Source of the DNA: Tubiluchus corallicola
Lineage: Eukaryota > Animalia > Priapulida
Direction: 5' to 3'
NCBI GenBank assembly: GCA_030141605.1
Contig: JAQGDQ010000002.1
Location: 1,178,001 to 1,242,000 of the forward strand
Length of the DNA stretch: 64,000 nt
Made by a program: the position numbers and the translations under genes. Below are positions 1 to 13,500 of the stretch, one piece after another (position 1 is the first letter of the stretch; every line of letters starts with the position of its first letter). The notes beneath the pieces were generated by a model that had not been told where the DNA came from, did no database searches, and saw only the letters and a program-made list of their open reading frames with translations.

Positions 1-2075
1 TTTTAAATTATTTTAAATGTACACACCTAGCACTTTTTTCTTGTTAACAACTAGCAAAGTGTTACTATCAATTTTTAATGGAGGCAGATCCGTTTTATTC
101 GTTCCAAAATCAACATTGATGATTTTACATTTATTTAGATTGTTTCAATATCATTCAATCTTGAATGATTCAAGATCATTCAATATGACTCGTATTGTGA
201 ATTGTTATACTAACAATTTTTTTCTACATTTGAAGAGATGCTCTGCGTTTGTTGCTAAACCATTTAACAAAATCAGAAACAGTACAGGACCAAGATGGAT
301 AGCTTGAGGAACACCAGCATGCAGAACTGTAGAAACAGATAAATTGAAGTCATTTTGACTTTAGACTCGCACATAGATAGGAAAGAACAAACAACAAGCA
401 AAGCGTCTTTGAAAATCTAGTAATGCCATCTTATCTACTACTCCTTTCTCACCAGTCGTATTTACTAAACAGTCATATAAATGTACCAAATAATGAGGTG
501 CACCGGTTCCTTTAATATTTCCAAACTGTAAGGGATCTAAATTGTGTTTCAAATCTTGAATGAGCCACCCAGAAGCAATTTTTTCCAACAGTTTACCTAA
601 CATAGCCGAAATTGTAATATGTCTCAAATCGTCAAGAGGCAACCTTCTATCTTTTTGGCACTGGTACCTTTATCTCTTTCTTACATTCTTGTGGAAGATG
701 CTGCTGCTGAAGCGATGCATAAAACAGGTCACATGCAGATTCAGACAGTTCGACAGCAAATTCTGTGTACATGAAAAAGGGTATGTCATCTGGGAGTGAT
801 GGTTTTGATGTATTAAGAGATGATAAACAATTTTTCACTAATCCTTGATTGATAATGTTGATTGTCCTATTGCTAGTAAGAAAGCCAGCAGTTTTTCTTG
901 ATATAGAACAGGCATCGAGTTGCAAATGTTTTTTAAAAAATATATTTATGTTATTGCTGCTAGTACTTGGTCACCAATTTCTGGAAATATGTTTCAGTGG
1001 CCTGTGGATCATTGAGTTGCCACTTATATAATTGTCTGACAGCTTTGTATCAATCTGATGTATTTTTTTGTAAATTGTCCATTGCCTTGCTAAGGTATTT
1101 TTTCTTCGCTTTAGCCATTTCCACTTGTACTTTATTTCGAAAAATCTGATGTTGCTTGTTATATTTACCTCAGTGTTCCAAATCGGACCGGCATTACTTT
1201 TTAACCACCCATTTTAATCTATAGTGATTATATCGCTTACTTAATTGTTTCATAATACAATCGAGCTTATTTTCAACTAAAGACTTGATGGTGATATCTT
1301 GTCATGACTCATGAATGATTTGTGATCCACTATCCAAAAGCTCTTTTTCATTAGTGTCTGCAAAAGCCATATATGTTTTACTATATTTTTGGACTTTGGT
1401 TGCTGGGCTGCTAGATAAATAGATGACAGTCACTATTAGAAACCGATGGTAATATAGTAGGCGTGTCATAGAATTCCACTATTTGGTGGGTAACGAGTAT
1501 ACAGTCTAACACGTTATAGCTCAATGTTGATTCACGTGCTACCTGGTGCATCTTTAGGTTTCGGATGTCAGGCTGTGGTTTACATCATTGAAATTCCCAC
1601 ATATATTGATACTTGGTTATCTTTGTTTCACTGCATTATAGAATGAAAACAAATGTTGCACAAACAAATTTTCAAACTTGTATGAAACAAAAGGAGGAAC
1701 CAGGATAGTAAACAACAGAAAATATAATTGCCGTCAAGAATTCTTGGTAAAATTTTTGGGTTTTGCAGATGTCCACATAATTTCGATGTCAGCTGGACTG
1801 TCAGTAATTCGCAGGTTAATTCTTGTTTTTCACAGACTGCACCCCCCCCCACACTTCGTTTACGAGTCCGAGATTTGGAAAAAACTATATTCCACTATAT
1901 CTAACAAACTGCCTAAAGAATCTTGACTAAGCCATGTTTCACACACCCCAGCCAGGTCACGCTCATTTGCATAAACTGTACCTGTGGAATCATCCAATTT
2001 ATTCAGAACTGATCTAGCATTTGTCAATATTACCTGGTACTTTGGTATACTGTTTTCAAAAATTAATGGTGGCAA
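1..2075 (-). mobile_element. Degenerate non-LTR retrotransposon ORF2 (APE endonuclease + RT; CR1/L2 group), running off the window edge; probably intronic and antisense to Nup214
   Basis: Minus-strand fragments include the EN N-terminus 'ILTNARSVLNKLD...VCETWL' (1860-2075), RT 'LRHITISAMLGKLLEK...DPLQFGNIKG...LLDF' (361-642) and 'AGVPQAIHLGPVLFL' (~270-318). Many stops, frameshifts and deletions. Confidence 0.88.
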
Positions 2076-2792
2076 GCAGGCTGATAAGTGCTTCTATCTG
2101 ACATCTTAAGTATTAAAATGGGGGGGGGGGGGTGATTTGACATCTTAAGTTTTAAATTTAATTTGGGGGTGATTAAACTCTGTTATTATTGCAACATTGA
2201 TTGGAATGTTTATTTTGAAAGCTGAACATACCATTTTCAGGCAAACCGATTGGTGGTATTTAGTGTTCGAATGGCAGATGTCGTTGCTGCTTTATAGATG
2301 ACTGACAGTATTGAACTGCATCCTTTAAGCAATAGAGACATCCAATTTTTTTAGGTGCGAGTGCTTGCACCAGACGCAATGCTTGCTATTTCCTATATCG
2401 ACTGGTTAAATATACCTCACTTCCAATTTGTTCGCACCTCACGCCCAAAAAAATGAGAGTAACCAAATTTCCTGCTGGTTTATTTTTTATCTTTTTGTAA
2501 AAGTTCTTTGGCAGTGCTCCAGTGGTACTGACACCAGAGCAGCCACTCATATAATTTATTCTTAAAACACTGCATGATTTCTGCTTAGTAGCATTAACAT
2601 TTCGTTATGTACCTTTAGTCACAAAATCTATGGGTTGCATAATAAAAGTAATTGCTCTAAGCTTGAGGTACAGCTATTGTTCAATGCTGCCTTGCATATC
2701 AGGTTACTTTTGACAACATTCCAAGGAAGTTTACTGTCCATTTTTTAAAATTAATCCATTTAAAAATTGTAACTTTTTAATTTGTTTTTCAG

Positions 2793-5314
2793 TTGGTTTT
2801 GAATCTCAACCAACAAGTAAAAATGTTCAGACTGGTGGATCGTCACTTAGAGATAGTTTTTCCGCTCAGTCGACCACTGCAGAGAGTCCGGCTTCGTCTG
2901 TCATATTAAGTAATGTAGAAGATGCTCAACAGAGTGATGACGATGTCAAAGAAAGAGATGATTCAGTTGTGGATGAAGAAGAACTTGAAAAGATTATTGG
3001 ATCAGGACAAGTTATGAAATTTCGTCCTGAAGAATTTATGGATGGAAGAGGGAAACCAAGCTTACCCGTTGCTATTGAAACAGAAGCTAGCAGGACAGTA
3101 GAGCCTAGTAATTTGTTTAAATCATTTCCAGTATCTAGTGGGGATTCAATGGTGCCTAGTGCCTTTAGCTTTGCAACACCAAGCGCTACACAGTCATCAG
3201 TTCTCAAATCTACCAGCACTTTTTCTTTCACTCCAGCTTTTACATTTTCACCCACAGTTGGGAAATCAGTTTTTGGCCAAAGACCTTTTACTACTATAAA
3301 GGCTGATAGTGTGGTAAATCCGCAAACGATTGCTGTTTCTGTATTGGAGCCAGCACTGACTGCAGATAAGGCAACTACAAATGATAGCATCATTACAGCA
3401 TCTTCTTTGCCTTCTTTTGCCATAAAAGAAACTATTGCCATTGAAAAAGATGTCACTTCTAATGAGTCTCAAGTTGCCCTTGAAGCTATTCCAGACAGTG
3501 TGCCTCCTACTGGCCAAACGGCTGAGTCAATTCCTAGCTTAAAGAGTGCTTTTGCTGCCGGAGATACCAAACCTTTATTATTTAATGCCGAAACAGTAAC
3601 CTCCGTGCCGAGCATTGGACAAAATCCACCAAGCTCAACCATAAATGATAAACTCTCGGGTGACCTGGTGGTATCAACTGACAAATTGGAGCCTGTAGTT
3701 CAAGAACCTCTTAGTATGGTAACACTGACTGGGACTATTTTAGACAGCGGACAAGCTGTAACGTCCGTTCCAATTACAACTCAAACAACCATGCCATTGG
3801 TTCAGCAATGTACCACTTATGCAAGTTCAGTAGCTACCGATGCTCCAGTAACCACCAAAAGTGCTGTGTCACTGTCTTCATTTTCTTTCTCATTGCCTAC
3901 CACGACAACATCTGCTACTAATACTGTCACCACTGACACCATCACAAGTTCTGGCTTTTCTTTAGCAATAAACTCTAGCAAGTCAGTTTTTGGTAAGGTA
4001 GAACCAGCCACAGGTACATCACTTTTTGGGGGAAATGTTTTTGGAAGATCTGGTTTTGGTAGTCCTACTGCAACTAGCACATCCGTAAGTGCTGTCACCA
4101 TGCCTTCTTCAGTATTTGGTCTTAGCTCACAACCTACTACTGTACCTTCAGTTTTTGGCTCTGTCACATCTACATCCACTGCTCTATTTACCAGTAGCAC
4201 AAAAGCAGCACCACCACCTTATTCTGGGACTTCTGTGTTTGGTACTGGTACTCAAGCAACTACATCTGGATCTTTGCTTTTTGGTGCAACTACTCCTTCA
4301 TCTGGCGCTTCTGTTTTTGGTGGCACCACAAATACTGTGCCAGCTAGGCTAGGTTTCAGCTTTGCTCCTTCCATGGCTTCATCAAGTGGAATGATACCAA
4401 ATGCTACCACAACTAGCTCCGTGTTTGGCTTTTCTTCTTCGCTTGGTTCTTCGGGTACTTCTGTGTTTGGCAGTGGCCCATCTGGTACAAGTGCATTTGG
4501 TGGAGGAAGTCAAACTACTGTATTTGGTTCAACACCAGTATTTGGCGGAGGTGTGCAAGCTAGTACTGGTGCATTCGGTAGTGGATCAAAACAAGTGTTT
4601 AGTAATGCTTCACCATCATTAGTTTTTGGGCAGACAAGTTCTGCATTTGGTCAGACAACTGGTGGTCTCTCATTTGGTCAATCTGGGACTGGGTTTTTTA
4701 GTGGATTAGGAAGTCAACCTAGTAGCGAAAATGCAAACAAGAATGTTTTTGGAGGCTCTCAGGTGTTTGGGCAGAGTACTCAGGCAACTGGATTATTTGG
4801 TTCAAGTTCTAGTGTCACTACAGTCACACAGTCACAATCACCCAGCGGTTTTAGTGGATTTTCAGGTGGAGGTGGAGTCGCTCAGTCTGGTTTTGGAGGT
4901 TTGGGTGTTAGTCAGCAAAGTCCACAAAGTTCAACCCCAGGTGGTTTTGGAACTGCGCCATCCTTTGGGGCTACTCCTGCTTTCGGCAGTTCACCAAGGT
5001 TTGGACAGACACCTGCTTTTGGTAGTGTTAGCTCAGGTGGTTTTGCTAGTTATGCTAGTGGCGATAGTGGTACAACGTTTGGTAGCATTGCCAACCAGGG
5101 TAACAGCCCTACATTTGGTGGTATGGCCCAACAACCATCCTTTGGTCAGTCATCTGCATTTGGCCAGAACCCAACATTTGGACAACAGGCAAGTACTGCT
5201 TTTGGAAGTCCGTCTTTTGGAGGGGGACAGCAGACTGGGTTTGGCTCACCGTCTTCAGGATTTGGCAGTCCCAGTACCACTGCAAGTTCTTCGTTCACCC
5301 AATGGCGAACGTAG
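2793..5314 (+). CDS. NUP214: Terminal coding exon of nucleoporin Nup214 (CAN): S/T/P-rich region plus C-terminal FG-repeat domain
   Basis: Acceptor ttgtttttcAG ends at 2792 and the frame is open from there (GFESQPTSK...) to TAG at 5312-5314. Dozens of FG/SxFG/PxFG repeats are present. 'GFFSGLGSQPSSENANKNVFG' resembles the Nup214 motif [20 protein letters not shown], and the C-terminus 'SSFTQWRT' resembles the Nup214 ...WRS end. The ORF-track start at 2969 is an internal GTG, not the real start. Confidence 0.9.
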
Positions 5315-5850
5315 TGACCATTCATTCATAATAGCCATTTTTAACATGTTGCAGTATATTTGTTTTGAAAAGACATTTATGTAGCTAACAGTTTCTTATT
5401 TATAGTTTGACTGACATAGATCCTTTTTATTTAAAAAGTTCAAGTTTTATAAGATTTTGGTACCATTATTTTAGATGCAAAAATTAGTAAAATTATTTGA
5501 AATTGAAGGCAATCTTGTTAACAATCTATTTTTGTGGTGACCACTTAAAAGCTTTTGAGAAGATAAAATTTATAATAGTCAATCAGTTGTTTCCATTTTT
5601 GTACATGTATAATAGATGTTCTATTATAGATAAGAATTTTCTCAGTACTAGTGTCACCATTTGTAAATTTATGGAAGCTAGGGTAGCTTTAAAGTGTCAT
5701 AATTTTACGTTAGCACGTTGATTTTCTTAATTCTTTGATTGAGACAGTTTGGTATAGCTATTATACCCAGTCTTGTAGAACAAATGGTTTACAGTATACA
5801 TACTACACAATGGTTTTTGTGCAGTGTTAATACTACTGTAAGATAACAGC

Positions 5851-5890
5851 AATAAAAATTGTGTAATGTAAAATGACTTGAATCAATAAA
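5851..5890 (+). terminator. Candidate polyadenylation signals of Nup214 (AATAAA at 5851 and 5885)
   Basis: Two canonical AATAAA hexamers ~540-575 nt after the stop codon, following a U-rich 3'UTR-like sequence. Confidence 0.55.
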
Positions 5891-7589
5891 ATGTGGAGCA
5901 AGAAAATGAAAGCATAATGTAATCACGATATGGTTGATAATTGCCTATGTTGTACAGAGAATTTAAAAGATAACTGCTGTACCTTTGTTTTCTTCTATCT
6001 GAAATTAGAATTTAAATTTCAAAGTCTATTTTGTTAGAATAAAATTAGGCTAGTATACACAATTCTTCACAAAAAGAAAATGGAAGTGAATTGATTAGGT
6101 TTGACAAAGAGGCATTTAGCCTTTATTGGGTGGGGCATGGCAATTAGAAACGTTATTTTCAATTGGCAGTAAGTCTTGATTGTAACTATAGCTATGCTAA
6201 ATTTAACGCACTACTGTTGCGACCTGGTGGGCCTATAGTTACTCTATCTGTATCTGGAGAATGGTTTGTTCCAATATCTCAGCTGCCTGAGGTAAGTCAT
6301 GATCATGATATATATCTATGATAGATGTAGATATGCATAAATCTAGGCTTCTACAGTGTATAAGCGATCAAGGTTGGTATCCTGGTATTTTACTAAATTA
6401 TAGTTTCTACATGACAAGCTCACACAAAATGCGAATGGTCGAATCTGACTGCTTGCTATTTTACATGGTAGTGCTTATTTTTATGTTTGTGATTTTGCAT
6501 GACTCAATAAAGAATTGTATAGTATAGTTAGTTTATTATAGTGTCACCTCTCATTTTACAACAATTTAAAACACAAAAGTACGCGCAGTTACAGCAAAAT
6601 AAGAGCCACTTTATCGACAGAGTTATGAGACACCTTAAAAATAACGAAAAACAACCATTTTACATATAAATTAAAACAGTCATTAAACAAATATTAAAAC
6701 ATACCATTACACTAGTGAAAATTTTTTCTTCTTTCCAGCAGGTTTTTCTTCTTAGCCAGAATTTTTTTCTTAGGTGGCAGGTTTTGGCACATTCTTTTAA
6801 GCAAAATCATCTGACAGTATCTGACATAATTTATCATTATCGTTAAATTCATTAAAATTATTGATTTTTGCGCTTAGACACTGGAATAATAAGATTCGAA
6901 TATCATCATAAAGGGGACAATGCAATAAGACGTTTTTTCAGACTCGACCGTTAACTGACCACAAAAATGACACAATTTTTGATCTTTTGGGACATTGGTG
7001 TACCTTGTAATTTCTAACGTATAATGGGAACAACCCCACATGTATGTATAAAATTTGGACGTGGATCAGTTTATTCCAGACTTCACTATACTTTTAGTCT
7101 TTTGGACTTGAGCCAAACTCTCAACTTTGATTTTCTCCCTCCTGTGCACGTACAAATTTTATACAAAGACAGAGTGACAGGGAGAAAAAGAAAGATTGAT
7201 AGATAGATATAGAGAAGGAGAGAGAAATAGAAAGAAAGAGCGGTGGGGGTGTGAGAGAGAGAGATGTAGATTAGGATTAGGACATTTAACAATGAACACA
7301 GCAATTACATTTTATTTTTTCACGTTGTTTATTTTGTAACTAAATAAAACCACAAGTTTACATACAATCCAGAGCATGCAACCATAACGAAATTACATTA
7401 TGTGAATAAAAATTCCTTCGCTGAAGGATGATTATAATAAATTGAGGCATTTGAATGTCTTCGCAAATGCAGCATTCAAGCAATATGAATTTGTCAGACA
7501 TTAATGTTTAAATTGTTCAATGCTTGAATTCCTAGGTAAACGCAAGTTGTCGGATGGTCATTCGATCGACAATTTCGGATCGTGTGAAC

Positions 7590-8764
7590 GTCGTATTAAA
7601 ACACTCACAAATAACGCAATACGCTGATGACACTACAATCTACATAGCCCATGAAAATGTCCAAACTGCAAAAAATTATTTAGAAGAAGATATAAAAAAT
7701 ATAAATATGGCATTTAGTCATTACAAGCTAAAAATGAATAATGACAAAACAGAATTCATGATACTGTCACCCTCATTAAATACTAATGATGCATCATCAA
7801 CCACTTTGACAATAGATAATGCTGTAATCAAACAAACTAACAATGTTAAATTCCTGGGCATACAAGTAGACAATAATCTTTCATGGGATGATCACTTTAA
7901 TAACATATACACAAAAATGGCATCTAGCACATCATATCTCCGACAAGTTAAAGGGCAACTAACAAAGGAAACTAAAACACTAATATATAAAACTTTAGTT
8001 CTACCACACTTCTTATATGGATGTACGCTACTTCAAAAAACCAAAAGAGAAAATTACTTAAAATTAAATCTCCTTCAAAACTATGCGTTGAGATTGATAG
8101 CTGGGTACTCATACAAACACAAGGCAGGTAGACAAAAATTCAAAGCTTCAACAACTAACCTGAGAAAAACTTTAAAATTCCCAATCATTGAAGCACACAA
8201 AGAATATTTTACTCTGCTTTTTATATTTAAATACATTAACAACATCAGCAAACCATTCCAGAATAACAGATTTACCTTTTTTCCAAATCCTATCGTTAAT
8301 TCCAGAACATTTAATCTAAAACAAATTAGGACAAATACCCACTATGGAACGAACTCTGTAATCAAACAAGCAATTTTACTTTGGAATTCTCTACCATTAC
8401 AGGTTAAACAAATCAAGTCCCTATCAGCATTTAAAACAAAATTAAAATCACTAATATTAACCAGATATGAAATACCATCACACCAGTACGACAACATACA
8501 CACTAATTCCGAATTCATATACCCACGGCCATATTAATTAAATCATAGTTTTTTTTTATATTTTTTTGTGTATAGTTGTAAATATGTTTGATTTTATTCG
8601 TCATTACTGCACAGTAGTTTAGATTGCACTGACGCATTTGCCTTCAGCAGTGTAAGTTTTTATTAACTAACACTGATTGATTATCTCTATAAAGTTTTTA
8701 TCAGTGATTATCAATGTTTTTAATGGCAAATAAAGATTATTATATATTATATATATATATATAC
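7590..8764 (+). mobile_element. 5'-truncated, young CR1/L2-group LINE (RT C-terminal half, 3'UTR and TA-rich tail)
   Basis: Uninterrupted ORF to 8537 with 'QYADDTTI', 'KMNNDKTEFM', 'VKFLGIQVDNNLSWDDH', 'LIYKTLVLPHFLYG' and 'LWNSLP...FKTKLK'. AATAAA at 8729 is followed by a (TA)n tail. Confidence 0.9.
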
Positions 8765-8868
8765 ATCCCCCGACACCAGTCCGACTGCACCCAAGAACAT
8801 CCAACAGCGTCCGATTTTGTTGGCCGGCAAAATCGGGTGAAAATCGAATCGTCTAAACTGGGCATCAA
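8765..8868. mobile_element. Terminal fragment of a Harbinger/PIF-like MITE
   Basis: Ends ...aatcgtctaaactgggca (reverse complement tgcccagtttagacg, similar to Harbinger-type termini) and contains an internal hairpin ccgattttg...caaaatcgg. A similar end fragment (...cggatcgtgtgaacg) lies at ~7540-7595. Confidence 0.4.
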
Positions 8869-9108
8869 ATATTCCATATTTTTATACCGATGTAGTACCT
8901 TTACTTTTTTCTAATTGTAGGCTGACCTTGTGTAGTCACTTACCTCGTTTGTGGCAATAACAACTTTCCTACATTGTAACAAAATGTGACAGATTGCATA
9001 CTTTTATTAAGGCAATTTAAATACTGCAAACAAAAAGTGATATTATTACAGAAAAAACACTTGTCTGAGAAACTTTACATACTTTATACTTTATGCCTCA
9101 GCTTAAAA

Positions 9109-10059
9109 GGGGACAGGCCATTTGGGTGTAGTCGTTTGGGCAAGACATTTGGGCGGCAGCACCGACGCGTACGTTCTGCAGTGAGCTACAAATTACGTTG
9201 CCTAGTAGGCTAAAGTTACATGGGAGTCCTCATCAATTTCCTGCTTAGTGATTACCATGCAACTTATAAAACATCTATAGTTTTAGTAAAATTCGAATCA
9301 ACTATAACTTACTAGTGTGTGTAGAAACACTGCTGTGCTGAGCTCATACTAGTATAGTATTATCATGCATTTCCCAAGAGATATGCAAAAATGTTTACAA
9401 GTTACTACTGCTAATCGTGACACTGATAATCACACATTCATACTTATAATCATTTGGCTTAATTAATTTGGTCATTTTTGCGTTGGCAGCTAGTATAAGC
9501 AGCCAAATAGCACATCCTACGTACGTCAGTTTCTTCTAAAGCGCTCATTGAATACAGCATATCTGCGAAGTGCGTAACACTGGGCGAAATACCGCACTAC
9601 TTGTACGGGTAATAAATTATGGTGTGAATATATAGATTTTTGTGAAGCACATTTTTGTTATTTAGGTATTGTTTGTGATACACTATACGTTTTTGAAATA
9701 AAGTTCTGTCATATATTAATAAAATGTTAGGGTAAACTTGCAGTGTCTTCTGCTTAATTCATTTAAAAAAGTTACGTACAGTACTGAAAACGTAAATACA
9801 GAAAGTGCAGATTCAACTGAGTGGTCTTAATTGTTGTATCATATATGACTGCATATGCTTAATTTAGTGAAGCGATGAATCTTAAAAGATTGACAGTCAG
9901 GAAAATAGTGAGTCATTAAAAAATTAATAAAAAAAAAATAAATACAATATTAAACTTTACTGGTGCCCGAATGTTTCGTATTCTAGTGTTCTTGTGCCCA
10001 TATATGCCGTGCTCAAATGTCTTGTGCCCAAGAATTCAGTACCCAAATGTCACGTACCC
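9109..10059. mobile_element. Non-autonomous DNA element with tandem-repeat terminal inverted repeats
   Basis: The left end has repeated (c)atttgggc/t units (9109-9155). The right end has the inverted gcccaaatg/acccaaatg units (9963-10059). Confidence 0.5.
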
Positions 10060-10529
10060 GTTTAAGGATGCGTTGGACCGCATTCCGTTAAATGTGAAGG
10101 TACATTGCCTTATGCGAACATTTATGCCTACACTAGCCACGCCATTCGTACGCTACGACCTGTAACTGTAACAGTTGCCATTTGGATAATTTGCGTACAA
10201 CATGTCCCTAGTGTGTCTGACTTAGAGAGGCATAAGTAATGCAAAGTGACACACGATTTACTGTGTAAATCAAATTACTGGCGGCATTGGCTTCTTTTTT
10301 AATACAAATGGATCCCAATAGTATTAAATGTATATACAACCTTTAGTGTTCTTCTGCACGTCGAGTGTCTGATGTTGCCACAGCTCTATGAAACATTCAA
10401 TCATCAGTATAGGCTTACCAATATAGGCTTACCAAATGTTAAAACTTTCTTTTTCTACACTGCTATTAAGTTTCTTTAGTACAACATGAACAAATATAAA
10501 CTTGCCAAGAAGAAATGCTCTGTTGTTTC

Positions 10530-13500
10530 TAGATTAAATTAGATTAGATTTTTTTATTTATCTCATTTTCATTTCATTTTTTACTTATTTACACGTTAAA
10601 AGATTAAGACCATCACATATTATACAAAATATACAATCTGCTAAATATTATCAATCGGGTTTGCATAAAATGAAAGGGAGGGGAGAACACAAATGTAATA
10701 AAATCCCTGTCTTGACATTTGACTTAACTAAAACATGGACATTAAAAAATAAATCAATATCAAGTAAATAATTTTAAAACAGTATGAAATTTGTAAATTA
10801 ATAAAAACACATTAAAATATTTCATTTTATCCACATACAATTTTTTACTCATCACTATCACAACATGCATACTCTTCAATAACAGTTTTCTTTAAAATAC
10901 TTGCTATAATTACGTACATTTTTTTACAATTTTTAACATCGTCATATCACATTCCATAATCTACAACACAGTATACATTATTTTTATTGGTTCTCACATA
11001 AGGTAGCATGAAAATTTCCTACCTGTCTATTATTAAATTTTATCGATACGTAGTTTACTACTGGAAAAAGTTTCTGAATATTTGTTAGCAACGGGAATTT
11101 TCTTGCCCCTCTAACTGCTGTTTTCTAGTGTATCAGATCTTTCAGTTTTAAGGTTTTCATATAAAACAGCAAATTTGTGTGAGCTGTGTGCCCAGCTTTA
11201 TATAGCAATCGTGCTACTGCCTTTTTTGGAAGTTTTATAAATGGAATCAATATTTGTTACGCAGGTAGCCTATTTCTCTAACCTCGCTGCAGTATTGGAT
11301 GAATACGGCAGGATTAAAGAGGCACCAAGAGTTTTCCCTGGTGTATGCTCTGGCAAATATTTAACTTTATGTATAATCGTAATGCTTTTTGATAGCCGAT
11401 AGGGGTAATGAAATTAACCCGTTGTTTCCAAGAAAGTGACTGATCTATTCAAACCCCTAGAAATTTTGCTACAGAAACCAAGTGACGTAATAAATAATAT
11501 TTATATATTTATCACGTCCCTACACAAACAGTTTCTATGGGTTTGTTACGCCTCCTTTATCCTTTTGTTGCTGAAAAACATGGATTTTGTTTTACACGAG
11601 TTCAACAGCAAATCATTGGTTTAATTTGCCTGATTCAGCACTCATCATATGATACTATTCACGAATATTATTCCCAGTACCAATGACATTTGTGTCATCT
11701 GCGAATAAAGTGAATTTTAACTTGTCTGTTGTTTTACACGTATCATTTATGTACAGGAAAAAAGGTCTGACCTAAAATCGATCCTTGTAGAATTCTACAC
11801 ATGACATTCAAACAATCTGACTCACACTCAACTTATTTAATAAATTGTTGCCTACTTTCTAGATAACTGGTTATTCATTTCTTCACAACCCCATGTATAC
11901 CATATCATTCCAATCTTTATATTAATAAACTGCGACCGAGTGACTTTTTTAAATAAAAAAAAACGCCAATGGAAACTTTCTATCTCTTCTACTAGTTCGT
12001 TTGGAACTAAACATATGAATGTTGACTTCTAAACGATATTGGTTACTATTAAATATTTTGTGCTTTTCAATAAACGTGTTTAAACGATTGCTGTGAAACT
12101 TGTCTAAATTTTTTGAAAGTTGTCGAAGCAGCGATACAGGCTTATAGTTGTAAATTGGTTATGTTTTCCTTCTTTGTAAGATTGTTTTTGCTTTTTTCAT
12201 GAATGTCAGAAAAATACCTTCGCTAAAAGACAAGTTAAAGCAATACACCAAAGGCTTACCTTTTTAATAATTGACATGTCCATTTTATTACAATCTTTGG
12301 ACTTCTCGTTTCTTAAATGACTCTTTACGTTAATATTTTCTAACTTCTCCGCGTTTCACAAAAACGTGAGATTTTTATTGAAATACTTTATGTGAGTATC
12401 TTTTTTGGTACTTTTTCCGCTAATTGTCGACCTACAGGCAGAAAAAATTCGTTGAATACGTTGGCGATATCTTTTTTATCATTAAATTTTATTATTTTAT
12501 TTTCGTGGATATTGGATATTGTATGGGCATTTCTGATCTTTCCACGTCTCTTTGGCGTCGTTTTTACTCGCTTCCTGTAAATTATTGTAATCCTCTTTTG
12601 CAGAATATCTAATACATGTAATTTGTATCGGCTTGTTTTTAAAAATTTTTAATTTGCCTTCAACATTTTTAGTGTTTTTAGTGCTTTAGGGAAATGCTGT
12701 TTATTCAATTAATTTTTCCTTGCACGCACTTTACAAGCCTTGGTCATTCATGGTTTGTCTGCCTTACATAACTTAACTGACCTTTTTTGCTCTGTTCTTC
12801 ACACAGCGTACTAAAAGTTTCTATAAAGAATTCATATTCCTTATCAAAGTCAACATTGAAACTGTGTTGCTAATCTGCTTCTAAAAGTTTAGATTGCTTT
12901 GTCACTTTGCAGACAAAATTAAAAGTATAGTCATGTGATGTACATTTCTTATCCTGTAAACAAGACAAGCTCTTTAACGAAACAAGCTCACTTATATCAT
13001 GAATTATTAAATCACTTACCATTTCACAGTGCAAATTCTAAGTAAAAATATTATTTATAATTTTCAATATATAGGCTGTTATTGTACCAGGTGTATTAAT
13101 TATGGGTGTATAGTTCAAACGAACATTGTGCGAACAGAGACAGCACTACTGTTGTGATTAACATTACTATCTACTAATACTAAAAATATTTTTATAATTT
13201 TTAATATATAGACTGTTATTGTACTAGTTTATTAATTACTGTGTGCATAGTCAAATCGAACATTGTATCTACAAAAGTCAGCCGTACTGTTGTGATTATC
13301 AATTTTGAATATATCACAGTTAAAACCTCCACATATTATCAAAACTGATTTTCTCTCACTAACGTTCGCGTAACACATTATCGATCAGTTCCGTGAATTT
13401 ATCCATGTTTGACCCTGCATTGTGACCTATAATTATTCTGTTTCAATCGTTACACATTTCGTTCCGCTCCGTTACAATTTACAGTACTAAGTTTTATCGA

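Noticed and set aside
2926-5384. Alternative-frame and antisense ORFs overlapping the Nup214 exon (e.g. 2926-3456 -, 3817-4200 -, 4731-5384 +)
   Set aside because: Shadow ORFs caused by the Ser/Thr/Gly codon bias of the real frame; they contain no recognisable motifs.
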